A DNA stretch of 64,000 nt from Chara braunii (Eukaryota; Plantae; Charophyceae). Both the position numbers and the translations under genes were made by a program. Below, in pieces: positions 61,410-64,000 of this stretch. Position 1 is the first letter of the stretch. Every line of letters begins with the position of its first letter. The notes beneath the pieces are model-generated. The model saw only the letters and a program-made list of their open reading frames with translations, had not been told where the DNA came from and made no database searches. The DNA lies in the NCBI GenBank assembly GCA_003427395.1, contig BFEA01000011.1, forward strand, positions 3,975,366 to 4,039,365, in the 5' to 3' direction.

Positions 61410-64000
61410 GTAATAGGCCATGCTCTGCGTGAAGATGCAGTCGTACTTTTTTCGTTTCGTTAGTTTCTTTTTTTGTTTTTTTGTTTTACAATGCAAACAT
61501 TGATTACAACGNNNNNNNNNNNNNNNNNNNNNNNNNNNNNNNNNNNNNNNNNNNNNNNNNNNNNNNNNNNNNNNNNNNNNNNNNNNNNNNNNNNNNNNNN
61601 NNNNNNNNNNNNNNNNNNNNNNNNNNNNNNNNNNNNNNNNNNNNNNNNNNNNNNNNNNNNNNNNNNNNNNNNNNNNNNNNNNNNNNNNNNNNNNNNNNNN
61701 NNNNNNNNNNNNNNNNNNNNNNNNNNNNNNNNNNNNNNNNNNNNNNNNNNNNNNNNNNNNNNNNNNNNNNNNNNNNNNNNNNNNNNNNNNNNNNNNNNNN
61801 NNNNNNNNNNNNNNNNNNNNNNNNNNNNNNNNNNNNNNNNNNNNNNNNNNNNNNNNNNNNNNNNNNNNNNNNNNNNNNNNNNNNNNNNNNNNNNNNNNNN
61901 NNNNNNNNNNNNNNNNNNNNNNNNNNNNNNNNNNNNNNNNNNNNNNNNNNNNNNNNNNNNNNNNNNNNNNNNNNNNNNNNNNNNNNNNNNNNNNNNNNNN
62001 NNNNNNNNNNNNNNNNNNNNNNNNNNNNNNNNNNNNNNNNNNNNNNNNNNNNNNNNNNNNNNNNNNNNNNNNNNNNNNNNNNNNNNNNNNNNNNNNNNNN
62101 NNNNNNNNNNNNNNNNNNNNNNNNNNNNNNNNNNNNNNNNNNNNNNNNNNNNNNNNNNNNNNNNNNNNNNNNNNNNNNNNNNNNNNNNNNNNNNNNNNNN
62201 NNNNNNNNNNNNNNNNNNNNNNNNNNNNNNNNNNNNNNNNNNNNNNNNNNNNNNNNNNNNNNNNNNNNNNNNNNNNNNNNNNNNNNNNNNNNNNNNNNNN
62301 NNNNNNNNNNNNNNNNNNNNNNNNNNNNNNNNNNNNNNNNNNNNNNNNNNNNNNNNNNNNNNNNNNNNNNNNNNNNNNNNNNNNNNNNNNNNNNNNNNNN
62401 NNNNNNNNNNNNNNNNNNNNNNNNNNNNNNNNNNNNNNNNNNNNNNNNNNNNNNNNGTTTGAGGGGGTTCCAAGGAATCGACCATCCTCGAAATCTGTAC
62501 GAGGGGTTCACCCAAGATCATCGCCTTGGTCCTTTGAATGTTCCGACTGGTTAGATGCATCGTTCTTGCTATCGTTCTGGGTGACGGGTAGTAAACACGC
62601 TGTCGTGCTAGCTTCGAGATTTCCGGATCGTCCTCATCACTGCTGTCCGCATCATTCGTTGATGACTCGCCGTCCGCGGACTCTGACCAGGAGATCATAC
62701 GGAGAGTTCCTGCTAACATCGGCGAGACCCGTGGGACCGCATTAGTGGTAGTACGAAGGGTTAATCTCACAGGTACAACATAAGGTTTTCCTCCCGTATT
62801 TCGGAGGATAATCGATCGTCGTTCGAAGTCCAGACTCGCTCGTAATGCCACGAGAGCGGGAAGTCCGAAAAAAACGTCGTAGGTATTTACATATAGTCCC
62901 ACAACATCTCCCAATGCGTGCACCTTTCCTAATCGGAAGGCGACATTGGTCATTCTTCCCACTGTCTTAATCTTTTCTTCGTCCGCCGAAACGAGCTGGT
63001 CTTTTTCGGCAAGCATGATCAGATCGTTTTTCCTACCTGCCCTCTCAACCACTCTTAGTGAAATAGCCAAAACAGCAGCTCCCGAATCTATACATTGCGT
63101 TATAAGGATTTCCTCAAATTTCAATGTCGCATTCTGCGGATTTCCACGGGATGGGTTTAATTCGTAGGAAATGATCGTCTTTCTGGATTAACCCTACTCG
63201 TATCGGATCCGAAGTGCCAGCCGAGTTTTCCTCGGGCGCGGGATTTTTAGGCTTTACGTTCGGTATTCGGGCGAGGGCGAATCGTTTTCGGTTCGTCTTG
63301 CAGTGCTGTAGCATTCGCTCATTAGCTTGCTCAGAGATTGAGAGCAGATCACCGATCGGAAGTAGAATTCGATGGTCCAAGGCTCGGATAATGTTTAACA
63401 CGTCGATTTCCCCTGTGACGAAGGTGGGTCCTCCCGACTCCATTTCTCCTGGAGAGGGTCGCCAATCCGCCACTTCCTTCTGTTCTGGCGCTGGTCTGAT
63501 CGTTCCGATCATTCCAAGCCGGGATAACAAAGTGATACGTACTGATCTAACGGGATGAGCTCAGCAGCCTCTTCCGTGGTGGCTAGGGCACTTCCCCCAC
63601 CCTCTACTTCTTCCATTAAAGCTCCGACTCGTCGTGGTCCGTTAGCGATGGGGGCCGCGGTCATCGGCGCGACCCCGACACGTTGTTGCGGAGGCCTATG
63701 AGGGCAATCACGGGCTAGATGCCCTGGTTGATGACATGCATAACAGACGTTCAGATTGCTTGCGACTCGTCCAAGAGCGGGTGCCGGGGCTAACCCTTGC
63801 TGAACCGGAGGGGCACGCACCGCAATGGGCCGGATGTTCCTCATCATGGCTTCCAACCGAGCATTGTGCTCTCGCTGCTCCTTTTTACTTTCCTGAATTA
63901 GGTTAATTAACGTTTTGGTCAGCTCAAAGATAGCAATAGACTCATTGGTTCTTGTCGGGTTTTCAACGGGTGGCGGGGGTAACGCCCTTACGGGTGTTGG

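Larger units (their letters stand above)
58916..64000 (-). mobile_element. Ty3/Gypsy-type gag-protease-RT-RNaseH, decayed and interrupted by a hAT MITE, an adapter and gaps
   Basis: Zinc knuckle CYACHQPGHLARDC at about 63740. Protease IDSGA at about 63090. RT YMDA(D)ILVYS..VRAFLGLALYY. RNaseH LITDW..IEYASR..VTDHEPL..WAVRLQEYDFDIVHRK..NADGLTR. Confidence 0.93.

Overview
This is eukaryotic, repeat-dominated draft-assembly DNA with many N gaps and microsatellites. The plant-type U6, two-domain GTP cyclohydrolase I, Gypsy/LINE/MITE content and TE-filled giant introns point to a streptophyte, plausibly a Chara-like charophyte alga; that assignment is inference, not verified. Two host genes are visible, both on the minus strand. 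(1) A spliced gene the ORF track misses, with five phase-compatible GT-AG exons at 35231-35003, 28322-28121, 15785-15602, 12599-12541 and 2549-2342. It encodes a signal peptide, a VWA_N-like region, the YDPRxRPW motif and the start of a VWA domain, i.e. an alpha2delta/CACHD1-like Cache-VWA protein, and apparently continues beyond the left edge. (2) A single-ORF plant-type tandem-domain GTP cyclohydrolase I at 42489-39580 with a repeat-expanded N-terminus. The remainder is decayed L1/Tx1-like LINEs, nested MITE and foldback elements (8-bp, TNA, TA and TTAA target duplications), tRNA-derived SINE heads, fragments of U6, 28S and 18S RNA, and satellites. At the right end is a Ty3/Gypsy-type gag-PR-RT-RH element with no visible integrase, followed instead by a PHD-finger ORF and a compact set of unknown ORFs. 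Two Nextera mate-pair junction adapters mark assembly artefacts. All alignments and translations were done by eye.
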